Notes under the pieces: model-generated
Databases searched by the model: none
Told to the model about the DNA's origin: nothing
Seen by the model: only the letters and a program-made list of their open reading frames with translations
Assembly (NCBI GenBank): GCA_965199825.1
Contig: OZ241329.1
Span: 2,592,001 to 2,656,000, forward strand
DNA from: Bdellovibrionales bacterium
Lineage (GTDB): Bacteria > Bdellovibrionota > Bdellovibrionia > Bdellovibrionales > UBA1609
DNA length: 64,000 bases
Direction of reading: 5' to 3'
Position numbers and translations under genes: made by a program
Shown here: one piece after another, positions 1 through 10,439 of the stretch
Layout: every line of letters begins with the position of its first letter
How positions within the stretch are numbered: position 1 is the first letter of the stretch

Positions 1-336
1 TTCTAATGCTTGAAAATAAAACCCACTTCCACCAACCACAAAAATTTGGGCTTTTGTATACCATTGATCAATCACCTCAAGGGCTAAATTTCGAAAGTGG
101 GCGGCATTGACGGGCTGATCTGGATTTGCGACATCGATCAAAAAATGGGGGATTTCGTTTTGTTCTTTGAACGATGGCTTCGCCGAGCCAATGTCCATGC
201 CGCGATAAAACTGAATGCTATCGCAATTAATAATAATGGATTGAGTTTTTTTGGCTTCGGTCATGGCCCAATTTGATTTTCCCGATGCGGTTGGACCTTG
301 AACAAATATAATTTGTTTATGCTCTTCCGAATTCAC
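1..336 (-). CDS. miaA: tRNA dimethylallyltransferase (5' part; runs off the window start)
   Basis: Not in the ORF track. Manual translation from GTG at 336 gives ..IIFVQGPTASGKS..IINCDSIQFYRGMDIGSAKP..IPHFLID..VVGGSGFY, the canonical MiaA motifs. It follows mutL. Confidence 0.93.
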   Translation of the reverse strand, partial: MNSEEHKQIIFVQGPTASGKSNWAMTEAKKTQSIIINCDSIQFYRGMDIGSAKPSFKEQNEIPHFLIDVANPDQPVNAAHFRNLALEVIDQWYTKAQIFVVGGSGFYFQALE

Positions 337-2035
337 GCTCTATCTCATCAAAGCTTTTCTCGACACACACAGGCCGGCCATGTGGGCAAAAGCTTGAAAG
401 CGGAAACTCTTCCATCGAAACAAGCAATTCATGCATTTGGTCAAAGCTTAAAGGTTGCCCCGCTCGCACCACCGAATGGCACGCCATCGTAGCAAACACA
501 TCAGAAATCACTTTTTCCATGGCAAAACTCTCACCCATTTCGAAAGCCTCTTGAGCCAACACACTCAGTCCTTTTACTAATGCCGATTCGCTAATCAATA
601 AGGGGCCGGCTGCAATCGAGAGACAGGTCGGACTCAACAGCTCAATTTCAATTCCAAATCGCTCAAGCTCAAGACGGTGTTTGATCAAGGCCTCAAGCGG
701 CGCTCGATCAAAATCCATGGTGAGAGGAATCAAAAATCGCTGCACATCAATCTGCCCTTCTTTCCAGGCTCGCATTAATTTTTCATAGGCCACGCGCTCA
801 TGGGCGGCGTGCTGATCGATAAGCAAAAGTTTTTGATCGGTTTGAGCCACGATATACGTCAGTCGCAATTGCCCAATGAGCTGCGCTGAGGTCCAAGTTT
901 TTTTTGGCACAACTGGGGTCTGCAAAATTATATTTTGAGCTTCGCTCCTCGGATAAGTTTTTTGTGAAAATTGTGTGCGTGCGAGTTCGTTCAAATCAAA
1001 AGTTTGGGTGATCTCATTTGGCGCCCTGGAAATCGGGGTCGATTCGAATCGGTTTTTGAGCCATGGGGCTTTTTCTAAAACGCCCCTCAGTGTTGATTGC
1101 ACCAAGCGATAGACCTTTGAGGAATCTAAAAATTTAACCTGTGATTTGGTAGGATGAATATTGACGTCGATATCTTCGGGCGAAACCTTGAGCTTCACCA
1201 CACAGTAGGGATACTGACCATGCATCAAGAGGCCGCGGTAGGCATCCAGGACCGCGGCTTGAAGCATACGATCTTGAATGGGCCGCCCCTGTGCAAAAAA
1301 CCATAAGCCTCGTGAAGTCGAAAGATTGGTGTGAGGTGCCGATAAAAAAACATCGACATGAATATCATCATTCGATTTTTGGGCTTCAAAGACTTCGTCG
1401 ATTTCTAAAATTGAGCGCACTCGGCTTTGGGCATCTTGTGGCAGCCACAGAAAAATCACTTTGCCATTCACCTTAAATCGAAACTGAACCCCGGAATTCT
1501 CAAGGGCCAAGGATTTGAGCATGGCTTTAATATGAGTGACTTCGCTTGTGTCACTCTTTAAAAACTTGAGGCGAGCCGGCACATTCAAAAATAGATCGCG
1601 AACCTCAACCGTGGTGCCGTGACTGCGAGTCACCGCCACAATATCGGATGATTCACCAAATCGCGAAACAATACGATAAGCCTTATTGGTTTTTTGACGG
1701 CACGAGGTCAAAGTCAAAACCGAAACTGCTGCGATACTTGCAAGCGCCTCACCCCGAAATCCAAATGATCGAAGAGCCCAAAGATCAAATGTTGTTTCGA
1801 TCTTGCTTGTGGCATGCCGTTTTAGTGCGAGCCCAAGATCCTCTTGATCAATCCCAACTCCGTTATCAGAAACACAGACAAAGCGGCCGCCCTGATCCAC
1901 ATCGATCTCAATTTCGGTCGCATTTGCATCGAGGGCATTTTCGATAAGTTCCTTAACCAGATGGGCTGGCCGCTCGATCACTTCGCCCGCGGCAATTTGA
2001 TTGACCACATCTTGAGGGAGAAGATGGATTGCCAT
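317..2035 (-). CDS. mutL: DNA mismatch repair endonuclease MutL
   Basis: NQIAAGEVIERP, GFRGEALASI, DVNIHPTK, endonuclease motif DQHAAHER and C-terminal CPHGRP. Confidence 0.97.
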   Translation of the reverse strand: MAIHLLPQDVVNQIAAGEVIERPAHLVKELIENALDANATEIEIDVDQGGRFVCVSDNGVGIDQEDLGLALKRHATSKIETTFDLWALRSFGFRGEALASIAAVSVLTLTSCRQKTNKAYRIVSRFGESSDIVAVTRSHGTTVEVRDLFLNVPARLKFLKSDTSEVTHIKAMLKSLALENSGVQFRFKVNGKVIFLWLPQDAQSRVRSILEIDEVFEAQKSNDDIHVDVFLSAPHTNLSTSRGLWFFAQGRPIQDRMLQAAVLDAYRGLLMHGQYPYCVVKLKVSPEDIDVNIHPTKSQVKFLDSSKVYRLVQSTLRGVLEKAPWLKNRFESTPISRAPNEITQTFDLNELARTQFSQKTYPRSEAQNIILQTPVVPKKTWTSAQLIGQLRLTYIVAQTDQKLLLIDQHAAHERVAYEKLMRAWKEGQIDVQRFLIPLTMDFDRAPLEALIKHRLELERFGIEIELLSPTCLSIAAGPLLISESALVKGLSVLAQEAFEMGESFAMEKVISDVFATMACHSVVRAGQPLSFDQMHELLVSMEEFPLSSFCPHGRPVCVEKSFDEIEREFGRA

Positions 2036-2892
2036 CAATACTCCGTCATGACGCTTAAATTAAAACCGGGGTACTGAGTTTTTTCGAGATAATATTTGGC
2101 ATCTGCACGAACCGCGTACTTATTGAGACGATAAGTGTAAGACAAAGTGCTGCTTGCACCCACGCGGACTTCCTGCGAATCAAAAAGGGCTGGTCCTTGA
2201 GCGGTGTTGATGGTCATTTTGAATGCGGCATAAACCACCAGCGGACCAAATCCAAAACTCAAAAGATGACGCCGTCCCTCAAGCAAAGGAAACATCAAAA
2301 GCGCATCGGTGATCAAAAAATATCCGGTAGCATTCGACTGGGCGACTTGGGAATAATATTTTGGAGCACCAAGATGAAATAAAAAATTAAAATCAATCGG
2401 TGGTCCACTAAACAAAACCCCAGGGCCTGTGAGTTTTAACCCATACAGCACCGTCGGCGTAAAAAGCTTTGTACCCGAAAACTTTTCGGTAAAACTCGCC
2501 ATCCCAAGATTGACTCCGATATAGCGAGTAAAAAAGATGGGATCTCGCGCATTTTGATTGTCTTCGTAGGCCGCAAATTCTGGATTGGCTTGGATGCGTT
2601 TTCTTTTTCCGACTTCTGTGTATTCAGGCAAAAGCTCAACATCAGAAATAAAACCAAATCGATTATTTTTAAAATGAACCCGATAAAAGGTTCCAAAGCC
2701 GCCATCGCCCTGACTCATCTGTAGACTGACACGAACTTTTTGACCCGCACGCAGCTGCATTAAAACTTTGGCATCAAAGCTGGGTGACTCATAGACGCTT
2801 GCGCCGTCACCTTGCACCACCGCAATTTGAGTTTTTGCAGCTTTGTCTTGAGCTGAAGCGAATAAACTAAAAATAACCAAAACCCATGTCAT
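2035..2892 (-). CDS. Exported protein with N-terminal SH3-like domain and probable C-terminal beta-barrel
   Basis: Short signal peptide, then an SH3b-like segment (VYESPSFDAKVLMQLRAGQKV..FYRV..GFIS) and alternating beta-strands ending in Tyr. Confidence 0.55.
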   Translation of the reverse strand: MTWVLVIFSLFASAQDKAAKTQIAVVQGDGASVYESPSFDAKVLMQLRAGQKVRVSLQMSQGDGGFGTFYRVHFKNNRFGFISDVELLPEYTEVGKRKRIQANPEFAAYEDNQNARDPIFFTRYIGVNLGMASFTEKFSGTKLFTPTVLYGLKLTGPGVLFSGPPIDFNFLFHLGAPKYYSQVAQSNATGYFLITDALLMFPLLEGRRHLLSFGFGPLVVYAAFKMTINTAQGPALFDSQEVRVGASSTLSYTYRLNKYAVRADAKYYLEKTQYPGFNLSVMTEY

Positions 2893-3584
2893 GAAAAACG
2901 AATTTTCCAGACTCTATAGAGAGCTTCAAGCACTATTCTCGATGACATTTTGCTCTCTCCCACACGCCGATCCTCAAACAAAATGGGGACCTCTTCCACA
3001 CGAAAATGATTCTTTAAAGCTTTATATTTTAATTCAATTTGAAAACTATAGCCCTCAGACTTCACACTCCCAAGCGGCATCGCCGTGAGAACATGGGCCT
3101 TCCACGCATTAAACCCACCGGTCCAATCCAGCAACGGATAGCCCAAAATCACCTTGGAATAAAAACTTCCACCGCGGCTAATGATCTTTCGCCCGATGCC
3201 CCAGTTTTTGGTGCCTCCACCCTTGATCCAACGTGAGCCCACCACCACATCATTGCCTTCGATCCGCTCCAAAATTTTGAGCAGATCTTCGGGGCGATGA
3301 GAAAAGTCGGCGTCCATTTCAACCAAAACTTCGTAATTATTTTTGAGTCCCCACTCAAATCCAGCGATGTAGGCCCGGCCAAGTCCCTGTTTTTGGGCCC
3401 GCGATAAAAGATGAAGCTGAGGATAATCGCGCTGCAATTCACCAACAACAGATGCGGTTTTATCTGGAGAATTGTCATCGACCACCAACACGTGGGTTCG
3501 CGGGGTGAGACTAAAAATTTCGCTCAACAATGGGCGAATGTTATCGCGCTCATTGTAGGTTGGAATGATGACAAGGGCTTTCAT
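2889..3584 (-). CDS. Polyprenol monophosphomannose synthase-like GT2 glycosyltransferase
   Basis: IIPTYNE, VVDDNSPD, MDADFSH, GSRW, SEGYSFQIE and DRRVGESKMS are DPM1/Ppm1-family motifs. Confidence 0.9.
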   Translation of the reverse strand: MKALVIIPTYNERDNIRPLLSEIFSLTPRTHVLVVDDNSPDKTASVVGELQRDYPQLHLLSRAQKQGLGRAYIAGFEWGLKNNYEVLVEMDADFSHRPEDLLKILERIEGNDVVVGSRWIKGGGTKNWGIGRKIISRGGSFYSKVILGYPLLDWTGGFNAWKAHVLTAMPLGSVKSEGYSFQIELKYKALKNHFRVEEVPILFEDRRVGESKMSSRIVLEALYRVWKIRFS

Positions 3585-3620
3585 ATTGGGCTTTGAGTAT
3601 ATGTCTCAAAGCTTTATTTT

Positions 3621-3989
3621 TTAAAGACGTTTTTGCAAATGGCGAAGAGGGTCAGGTCGGAGCAAAAATGCGGGATCATGACGCTGTTTTTCGATATATG
3701 TGTTGACCGCAGCTGCTGCAAGCTTTGGGCTTTTCATATAAAGAAGTGGATCAAATCCACAATGAGGACATTTAAGATGAAGCCGCCAGCGCATTTGCAC
3801 CGCAACTTCAGCAATACTCATAAAAACAAAACTTAAAACAAAAAAAAGTGGATGAAAAGTTTCAACAAAAGCCGAGGTGATCAGTCCCGCCATAAAAACC
3901 GAAGCCAATACATTTAAAAAAGAGAGATGTTTTTTTTTGATTCGCACCCGCGAGTTTTTGCAAAATGCACAAAGGCATGCCACGCTCAT
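3621..3989 (-). CDS. Small membrane protein with split Zn-binding motif
   Basis: CAFC and CPHC flank two hydrophobic helices. Start moved to ATG at 3989. Confidence 0.6.
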   Translation of the reverse strand: MSVACLCAFCKNSRVRIKKKHLSFLNVLASVFMAGLITSAFVETFHPLFFVLSFVFMSIAEVAVQMRWRLHLKCPHCGFDPLLYMKSPKLAAAAVNTYIEKQRHDPAFLLRPDPLRHLQKRL

Positions 3990-4062
3990 GACTCTAACGG
4001 TGTGCCATAAACACTCAAACCACAAGGCCAGCTCGCTCTTTGTCGAGTGATCGGATCGCGAA

Positions 4063-4683
4063 ATGAAAGAATACAAATTCGATCTCGAAAGACTCAAAGC
4101 CGATCTTAAAATTGCCTATAAAGATCTCAAATTCTTTTTTCGCTCTCCTTTAAGTGCAATGACTCTTATTCCTGTTTGGGATTGGCCCACAACACTTGTT
4201 GTTGCGGGAGCTTTTGGAGCGTTGAGTGGCGTGGTGGGTGCGATCATCAATCACAGCTCAATGGGTCTTTTGGTGAGCATTTTTATTTTGCCCTTTTCGA
4301 CCATCTTTTTTTTGAGTGTCGCCGCAATTTTTTATCATTACCTTTTGCGATTTGCCTTTCATAAAGAGGCGAGCATTCATGATTTAGGAATCATGCTCAC
4401 CCTTGCAGCGATGCCGACCTTTGTGTTTCAACCGGTTGCCCGAATTTTTCCACCAGCAACATTAATCGGAATCGCTCTCAGTTTTTATTTATTTGGAATT
4501 GCACTGGTGAAAGCCTTTAAATCTCCAGCCGCCCGCACCATTCAAATCTTAAGTGCATTCTTGGTGATCTATATCGGCTTTTGGGCCTTGAACACCTACA
4601 ATATTGAAAAAGGACGCCAACATATTAAAAAACTCGCAACACCTGAAAGCCTCGATATTTTAGAACAAGAACTTCAAGAATAA
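4063..4683 (+). CDS. Yip1-like multi-pass membrane protein
   Basis: About five hydrophobic helices, with an FFRSP segment before TM1. Confidence 0.55.
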   Translation: MKEYKFDLERLKADLKIAYKDLKFFFRSPLSAMTLIPVWDWPTTLVVAGAFGALSGVVGAIINHSSMGLLVSIFILPFSTIFFLSVAAIFYHYLLRFAFHKEASIHDLGIMLTLAAMPTFVFQPVARIFPPATLIGIALSFYLFGIALVKAFKSPAARTIQILSAFLVIYIGFWALNTYNIEKGRQHIKKLATPESLDILEQELQE

Positions 4684-4694
4684 AGGAAAACTCA

Positions 4695-4937
4695 ATGAAA
4701 CTGATTTTATTTTTTATAAGTACTTTTTGTTTACAAAGTTTTGGGGAAGGCCAAGTTTTTTGCACCACTTCCGATGGCGCCACATATGAAGAAGCCCTAA
4801 ATTTAGCCCAAGAAAAAATGAATCAAAAACTGGATACCCTTCGAGTGCGTGAAGCCACTGTCTCTGCACCTTCGCACAACTTGGCTTACCCGCCCTCGCA
4901 TGTGGCAAGTATTTGTGTGACGATCAATCCGCGCTAA
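4695..4937 (+). CDS. Small exported protein
   Basis: AAGGA RBS, signal peptide and two Cys in the mature part. Confidence 0.55.
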   Translation: MKLILFFISTFCLQSFGEGQVFCTTSDGATYEEALNLAQEKMNQKLDTLRVREATVSAPSHNLAYPPSHVASICVTINPR

Positions 4938-5443
4938 TTGTTGCGTGAACTTTGATGCCCGGTACTCCCAAAGCCGCCGCTGCCGCGTGCGGTCGTTCCC
5001 ACCTCATCGACCTCAATCAATTGAGCTTGGACCACAGGACACAAAACAAATTGGGCAATACGGTCTTGATCACAAACCATAATCGAGTCTTGGCCGTGAT
5101 TGATTAAGATGATTTTTACTTCACCGCGATAATCGGCATCGATGGTGCCGGGCGAATTCACGAGTGAGATTCCATTTTTAATCGCCCACCCACTGCGCGG
5201 CCGAGCCTGAAGTTCAAAACCCAAGGGCACTTCAAAGATCAGACCGGTAGGAATCAGCAACCGATGCCCCGGGCGAATATTCACATTTTCGTTGAGCTGG
5301 GCTCGGATATCAAAACCACTAGCGTGACGGGTTTGATAAATCGGCAGCTCACCTTTAAAATGAGGCAGCTTTTTTACCTTTACTGCAACTTGTTCGATAC
5401 TCTCAGACTTGGCTTCAAAGGATGTACCCATTTGTGTTTCCAT
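4934..5443 (-). CDS. dut: dUTP diphosphatase
   Basis: ASGFD, RPRSG, NSPGTIDADYRGE, RIAQ and RGSGGFGSTG motifs. Confidence 0.97.
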   Translation of the reverse strand: METQMGTSFEAKSESIEQVAVKVKKLPHFKGELPIYQTRHASGFDIRAQLNENVNIRPGHRLLIPTGLIFEVPLGFELQARPRSGWAIKNGISLVNSPGTIDADYRGEVKIILINHGQDSIMVCDQDRIAQFVLCPVVQAQLIEVDEVGTTARGSGGFGSTGHQSSRNN

Positions 5444-5452
5444 TTCCTGACG

Positions 5453-6715
5453 CTACAACTTGAGAAGTTGTTTTTCAATGCCCTTTGACATCACGTCGCC
5501 AAGTAAAATGGCCTTGAGATTTTTTAGGTCTAAGTCTTGATCGATATAGCTTCTAATATGTTGGGGGGTTAGGGCATCGATCTCTTCGATGACCTTTTCG
5601 ACCGGTCGATATTGCTTAAAGACCATCTCGTTGATGCCTAAAGAATTCATCCGATTGTCCATATCGTCGGCACCCAATAAAATCTGCCCTTTGATTTGGC
5701 GCTTATAAAAATCAAGTTCTTCCGAGGACAAACCACTTTCAACCAATCGCTCCATCTCAATCTTGATTTGTTGCAAAGCCCGCGGCGCCTTTGCCTTGGA
5801 CGTGCCAACATAAATCGACAACAAGCCCGAATCGGTAAAACTTTGCAGCGAAGAATACACCGTATAAGCAAGTCCCAGATCTTCGCGAATATTTTGATAC
5901 AGTCTTGAGGTCATTCCCCCACCCAATACGGCGTTAAGAATGTAACTCTCGAAACGTTTTTGATCGGTAAAAGAACTTGCCGGCCAGGACAGCAAAAGAT
6001 GGGCTTGCTCCGAGGGCTTTTCGATTAACTTTTTAAAATTTTTTAAAACAGGCTTTATACGTTTTGGAATCTGAATCGAAGCCGCGGTTTGACAACGAGC
6101 TTCTACAAATTCCACAACCTTTTGATGATCCACATTACCAGAGACCGCAACAATCATATTTTCGCCGCAATAGGTGCGGTTGTAGTGATTCTTTACCTTC
6201 GTTCGCGTTAGCTTTTGGAGGCTCGCCTTTTCGCCCAAAATCGTCTCGCCCAAAGGATGTCCCTGGTAGGCTCCTTGAAAAAGAAGATCATAAATCCATT
6301 CGTCCAATTGCTCTTTGGCCATATCGGCCTCTTGCAAAATCACCTGGCGCTCATTCTCAAAATCTTTGTTTGAGAATTTGCCAAAACAAACAAGTTCACA
6401 CAAAACGCCTAAGCTGATTTCAAGATGTTCATTTAAGCTGAGAGCATGAAAGCAGGTGTACTCTCTGGTTGTGTAGGCATTGAGATCGCCACCCACGGCC
6501 TCTAAACTTTTTGCGATTTCAAAACTGCTTAAGGATTTTGTGCCTTTAAAAACAAGATGCTCGATAAAATGAGCCGAGCCTTTTAAATTTTTTGGTTCAT
6601 CGCGAGTGCCGATCTCAACAAAAAATCCAACCGCAGCTGCGCGGCTTTGAGGATGGCACTCGGTGACTATCCGAATGCCATTTTTTAATTCTGTTTTTTG
6701 AAAAACTGCGTTCAC
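5453..6715 (-). CDS. M16 family (pitrilysin-like) zinc peptidase
   Basis: HFIEH (HxxEH), FKGT, NAYT and GGGMTSRL. Typical position downstream of pnp. Confidence 0.93.
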   Translation of the reverse strand: MNAVFQKTELKNGIRIVTECHPQSRAAAVGFFVEIGTRDEPKNLKGSAHFIEHLVFKGTKSLSSFEIAKSLEAVGGDLNAYTTREYTCFHALSLNEHLEISLGVLCELVCFGKFSNKDFENERQVILQEADMAKEQLDEWIYDLLFQGAYQGHPLGETILGEKASLQKLTRTKVKNHYNRTYCGENMIVAVSGNVDHQKVVEFVEARCQTAASIQIPKRIKPVLKNFKKLIEKPSEQAHLLLSWPASSFTDQKRFESYILNAVLGGGMTSRLYQNIREDLGLAYTVYSSLQSFTDSGLLSIYVGTSKAKAPRALQQIKIEMERLVESGLSSEELDFYKRQIKGQILLGADDMDNRMNSLGINEMVFKQYRPVEKVIEEIDALTPQHIRSYIDQDLDLKNLKAILLGDVMSKGIEKQLLKL

Positions 6716-8814
6716 ACTTCTCGGCTTAACAAAGCTTTACGAGAAAGTTTAATACGGCCCGCACGATCGATATCCAAAACTTTAACATCGAGCTCATCGC
6801 CCTCGTTTAAAACATCGGTCACGTTGCGAATGCGGTCATGGGCAATTTCTGAAATATGAAGTAAACCACTATTGTTTGGGAAGATTTCAACAAAGGCACC
6901 AAAGTCGGTGATTTTAACCACTTTGCCTTTATAGACTTTGCCAACTTCGGCTTCAGCACAAATTCCATTGATAATTTCAATGGCGCGTTGAGCCGCCTTA
7001 GGATCGGTCGATGCAATATGGATTGTTCCATCATCTTCGATGTCGATTTTAACACCCGTCTCTTCGATGATACCTTTGATAACTTTTCCGCCTGCACCAA
7101 TAACTTCGCGCACTTTTTCGGGCTTGATCTTGATGGTTTCGATTCTTGGAGCGTACTCAGAGATTTTGCCGCGAGGATCGCGCATCACTTTTTCCATCTC
7201 ACCCAAAATATGATTGCGTCCCACTTGGGCTTGCTGAAGGGCTTGCTCCATCACTTCAAAACTGATCGAGTCAATTTTGATATCCATCTGAAGCGATGTG
7301 ATTCCTTCGCGTGTTCCTGCAACTTTAAAATCCATATCTCCAAGATGATCTTCATCACCTAGAATATCGGAAAGGACCGCAACACGATCGCCTTCTTTGA
7401 TCAAACCCATCGCAATACCCGCCACATTTCCTTTTAACGGAATTCCGGCATCCAGCATCGCAAGTGTTCCTGAGCACACGGTGCCCATCGAACTAGATCC
7501 ATTGCTCTCAAGAACTTCACTTACAATCCGAATTGTGTAGGGGAATTTTTCGTGATCAGGAATGACCGCTTTGAGTGCACGCTCAGCTAAAAATCCGTGA
7601 CCAATTTCACGACGACTTTGTGAGCCCATGCGGCCGGTTTCACCAACACTGAATGGAGGAAAATTATAGTGCAGTAAGAATTGTTTTTTCTCAAACCCAT
7701 GAAGCGAGTCGATCATCTGCTCGTCTTCACCGGTACCGAGAGTCACCGCGCCTAGAACTTGAGTTTCACCACGAGTGAAAAGGCCAGAACCATGAGCACG
7801 TGGAAGCATGGACACTTCGCACCAAATGGGGCGAACATCGGTAAGACCACGACCATCAATGCGGCTCTTCGAATTTAAAACCATCTCCCGGGACAAACGA
7901 TATTTAAGATCTTCAACAATTGTCCCAAGATCTTTCGATTTTTGTTTTTGGGCGTCTTTGTCTTTTTCGGTTGTGACAAATTGAGCTTCAGCTTCTTGCG
8001 ACGCCGCAAGGTAGGCCGAATAGCGCTCCGATTTTTCACGAACCTGCAAAGCTTTTTCAATTTTGCTTTCCAAAAATGATTTTACCGCAGATTCAAAACT
8101 TTCTTCAATTTTAGCTGGAGTAAATTTACGTTTTTGGGGACTGCCCACCATCTCGCGCAATTGATCCTGAATATCAAGCAAAGGCTGAAGGGCTTGGTGA
8201 CCAAATTTTAAGCCTGCCAAAACGTCAGCCTCAGAAACAAACTTGGCCTCACCCTCAACCATCAAGATGCCGTTGCGAGTGCCTGCGATCGTGATATCCA
8301 TATCCGATTTTTGGCGCTCTTCGAGAGTGGGGTTACAAACAAATTGTCCACCAATGCGGCCAACTTGAATGGTTGCGGTTGGACCTTGAAAAGGAATGTC
8401 AGAAATATGAAGAGCACAAGATGCTCCAATCCCTGCCAAACAATCAATGGGGTATTGGCTATCATAAGATAATGTCGTCGCAATTACTTGAGTCTCGAAG
8501 CGATAGCCTTCGGGAAAGCAAGGTCGGATTGGACGATCAATTAACCGTGAGGTCAATGTCGCATTATTTGTTGGACGACCTTCACGCTTAAAGTAGCCCC
8601 CCGGGATTTTTCCGGTGGAGTAAAACTTTTCTTGGTATTCCACAGTGAGTGGAAAAAAATCGAGGGTTGAGGGTTTTCGAGATGAGACTGCGGTGACCAA
8701 AACAATATTGTCTCCACAGCGCACTTGAACCGAACCATCGGCTTGTTTGGCAAGCCATCCAGTTTCGATTGAGATTTTTTTCCCGCCAATCTCTGCGGTA
8801 ACCGTTTGCTTCAT
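6712..8814 (-). CDS. pnp: Polyribonucleotide nucleotidyltransferase
   Basis: [35 protein letters not shown], plus KH and S1 domains. Confidence 0.98.
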   Translation of the reverse strand: MKQTVTAEIGGKKISIETGWLAKQADGSVQVRCGDNIVLVTAVSSRKPSTLDFFPLTVEYQEKFYSTGKIPGGYFKREGRPTNNATLTSRLIDRPIRPCFPEGYRFETQVIATTLSYDSQYPIDCLAGIGASCALHISDIPFQGPTATIQVGRIGGQFVCNPTLEERQKSDMDITIAGTRNGILMVEGEAKFVSEADVLAGLKFGHQALQPLLDIQDQLREMVGSPQKRKFTPAKIEESFESAVKSFLESKIEKALQVREKSERYSAYLAASQEAEAQFVTTEKDKDAQKQKSKDLGTIVEDLKYRLSREMVLNSKSRIDGRGLTDVRPIWCEVSMLPRAHGSGLFTRGETQVLGAVTLGTGEDEQMIDSLHGFEKKQFLLHYNFPPFSVGETGRMGSQSRREIGHGFLAERALKAVIPDHEKFPYTIRIVSEVLESNGSSSMGTVCSGTLAMLDAGIPLKGNVAGIAMGLIKEGDRVAVLSDILGDEDHLGDMDFKVAGTREGITSLQMDIKIDSISFEVMEQALQQAQVGRNHILGEMEKVMRDPRGKISEYAPRIETIKIKPEKVREVIGAGGKVIKGIIEETGVKIDIEDDGTIHIASTDPKAAQRAIEIINGICAEAEVGKVYKGKVVKITDFGAFVEIFPNNSGLLHISEIAHDRIRNVTDVLNEGDELDVKVLDIDRAGRIKLSRKALLSREV

Positions 8815-9080
8815 TTGCGGATGCCTAGATCGGCAATAACATAAGCGTATTTTTTAGGATCTTTGCTACGGAGATAATCAAGAAGTTTACGACGTCGGTT
8901 CACCATGCGAACAAGACCGCGACGGGAGTGCACATCATTTTTATTGCGCTTAAAATGTTCGGTTAAATCACGAATATGGGCGGTCAAAATTCCCACCTGA
9001 ACTTCTGAGCTTCCTGTGTCCAACTCTGAACGCTGGAATTTTTTAACGATTTCTTCTTTTTGAGTCTTGAGTACTGCCAT
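8811..9080 (-). CDS. rpsO: 30S ribosomal protein S15
   Basis: DTGSSEVQV and [15 protein letters not shown]. Confidence 0.98.
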   Translation of the reverse strand: MAVLKTQKEEIVKKFQRSELDTGSSEVQVGILTAHIRDLTEHFKRNKNDVHSRRGLVRMVNRRRKLLDYLRSKDPKKYAYVIADLGIRK

Positions 9081-9104
9081 TGTTAACCTCCGAAAAATAT
9101 TAAA

Positions 9105-9139
9105 CCCTCACCGTAACGTCTGGCTGTCGCTACTGAGAG
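9105..9139 (-). promoter_or_regulatory. Candidate rpsO leader hairpin (possible S15 autoregulation)
   Basis: Minus strand CTCTCA-GTAGCG-N9-CGTTAC-GG-TGAGGG forms a two-part stem with a GG bulge, ending about 25 nt before the ATG. Confidence 0.45.
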
Positions 9140-9187
9140 CAGAATGAACTTTTACACTTTTGAAAATCGAAATGGCAAGTCTGGAGG

Positions 9188-10138
9188 CTAGTTGAGTTGC
9201 AAAAACACTCGTCGCACCTTGATCCCACGCAAATTGGCCTCAAGAATGGCTAAAAGCTCGCCCTCTTCACTTAAAGCTTTGAGATAAACAGAAGTCTCAT
9301 TGGCCTCGCGCATTTGGGGCAAAAGCCTCTGGGCCATCGAGCGCGCCACCTGCCCGTTACGCAACAAACGCTCTTCTTGATTCAGAACCAAGACGGGTTG
9401 CACCTGAGGCAACGCCTCCGACAAAGGAAAAAATCCTTTGCCACTCTGCTTGAGCCACTGCAAAAAATCTTCTGGGTTTTCGCTTTGTTTTTGTTGAAGA
9501 CTCTCGAGATCAACCGCTTGCTCGATCGAAAAAGGCTCCGAACGCAATCTTCGTAATTGGTCTACCACCGCACCACAGCCCAAATCTTTGCCGATTTGAT
9601 CAACCCACGTGCGAATATAGCTTCCCTTTGTGCAACTGATTTCGACTTCGGCAAAATCATCACCCAATTCGACAATTTTTAAATCAAAAAAACTCATCTC
9701 GCGTTGGGGAATTTCGACCGGCTTATCACCACGAGCATACTCATACAGTTTTTGTCCTTGGACTTTCACCGCTGAATAGCGTGGAACGCTCCAACAAAAA
9801 GTTCCAAGATGATTTTGCAGACTCTGGGTTAAGGACGGCTCAGAAAATTGGGGTTTGTTTTCGGTCAGAGTTTGCCCAGTTCGATCAAGGGTATCAGAGG
9901 TCAAACCAAATTGCATGCGTGTGAGATAGCGTTTGTTTTCGCACAAAATATAATCTGAAAGCTTTGTGGCTTCGCCCACCAATAGCACCAAAAGGCCTGA
10001 AGCCAACGGATCAAGAGTTCCTGAGTGACCAATACTTTTTATATTTAATAGTTTTCGGGCGCGATGAACCACATCGTGGCTCGTACAGTCTTTTGGTTTA
10101 TCGACTAACAGCAAACCATGAAGATCACCGGGTAACAA
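9188..10138 (-). CDS. truB: tRNA pseudouridine(55) synthase
   Basis: DKPKDCTSHD, GHSGTLDPLASG, YSAVKVQGQKLYEYAR and KGSYIR. Confidence 0.97.
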   Translation of the reverse strand: MLPGDLHGLLLVDKPKDCTSHDVVHRARKLLNIKSIGHSGTLDPLASGLLVLLVGEATKLSDYILCENKRYLTRMQFGLTSDTLDRTGQTLTENKPQFSEPSLTQSLQNHLGTFCWSVPRYSAVKVQGQKLYEYARGDKPVEIPQREMSFFDLKIVELGDDFAEVEISCTKGSYIRTWVDQIGKDLGCGAVVDQLRRLRSEPFSIEQAVDLESLQQKQSENPEDFLQWLKQSGKGFFPLSEALPQVQPVLVLNQEERLLRNGQVARSMAQRLLPQMREANETSVYLKALSEEGELLAILEANLRGIKVRRVFLQLN

Positions 10139-10439
10139 ATTCTGTTCCTTGGCTCACAAAAAATTTGAGTTTGGGCGAGAATTTCATGGTCAGTTGCTTT
10201 GCCACTTGGTGCTGGGCTTCGGGTCGCAAATCCTCGAGCGCATCAACAAATTCTTCGCGATCTTCTTCACGACCCAAAAATGAAAGATAAATTTTGGCTT
10301 GGCGCAAATCTCCACTCACCGACACTTCGGCGATCGATACCACTCCAGGATATCGACCACGCCCTTCGCGCAAAAAATAAGTCGAGACCAAATGCTTAAT
10401 TTCTTTTTCAACTCGTTGAGCGCGTCGACCTGTTTCCAT
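10125..10439 (-). CDS. rbfA: Ribosome-binding factor A
   Basis: RRAQRV, VSGDLRQAKIY and KFSPKLKF. Lies between infB and truB. Confidence 0.93.
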   Translation of the reverse strand: METGRRAQRVEKEIKHLVSTYFLREGRGRYPGVVSIAEVSVSGDLRQAKIYLSFLGREEDREEFVDALEDLRPEAQHQVAKQLTMKFSPKLKFFVSQGTEFVTR

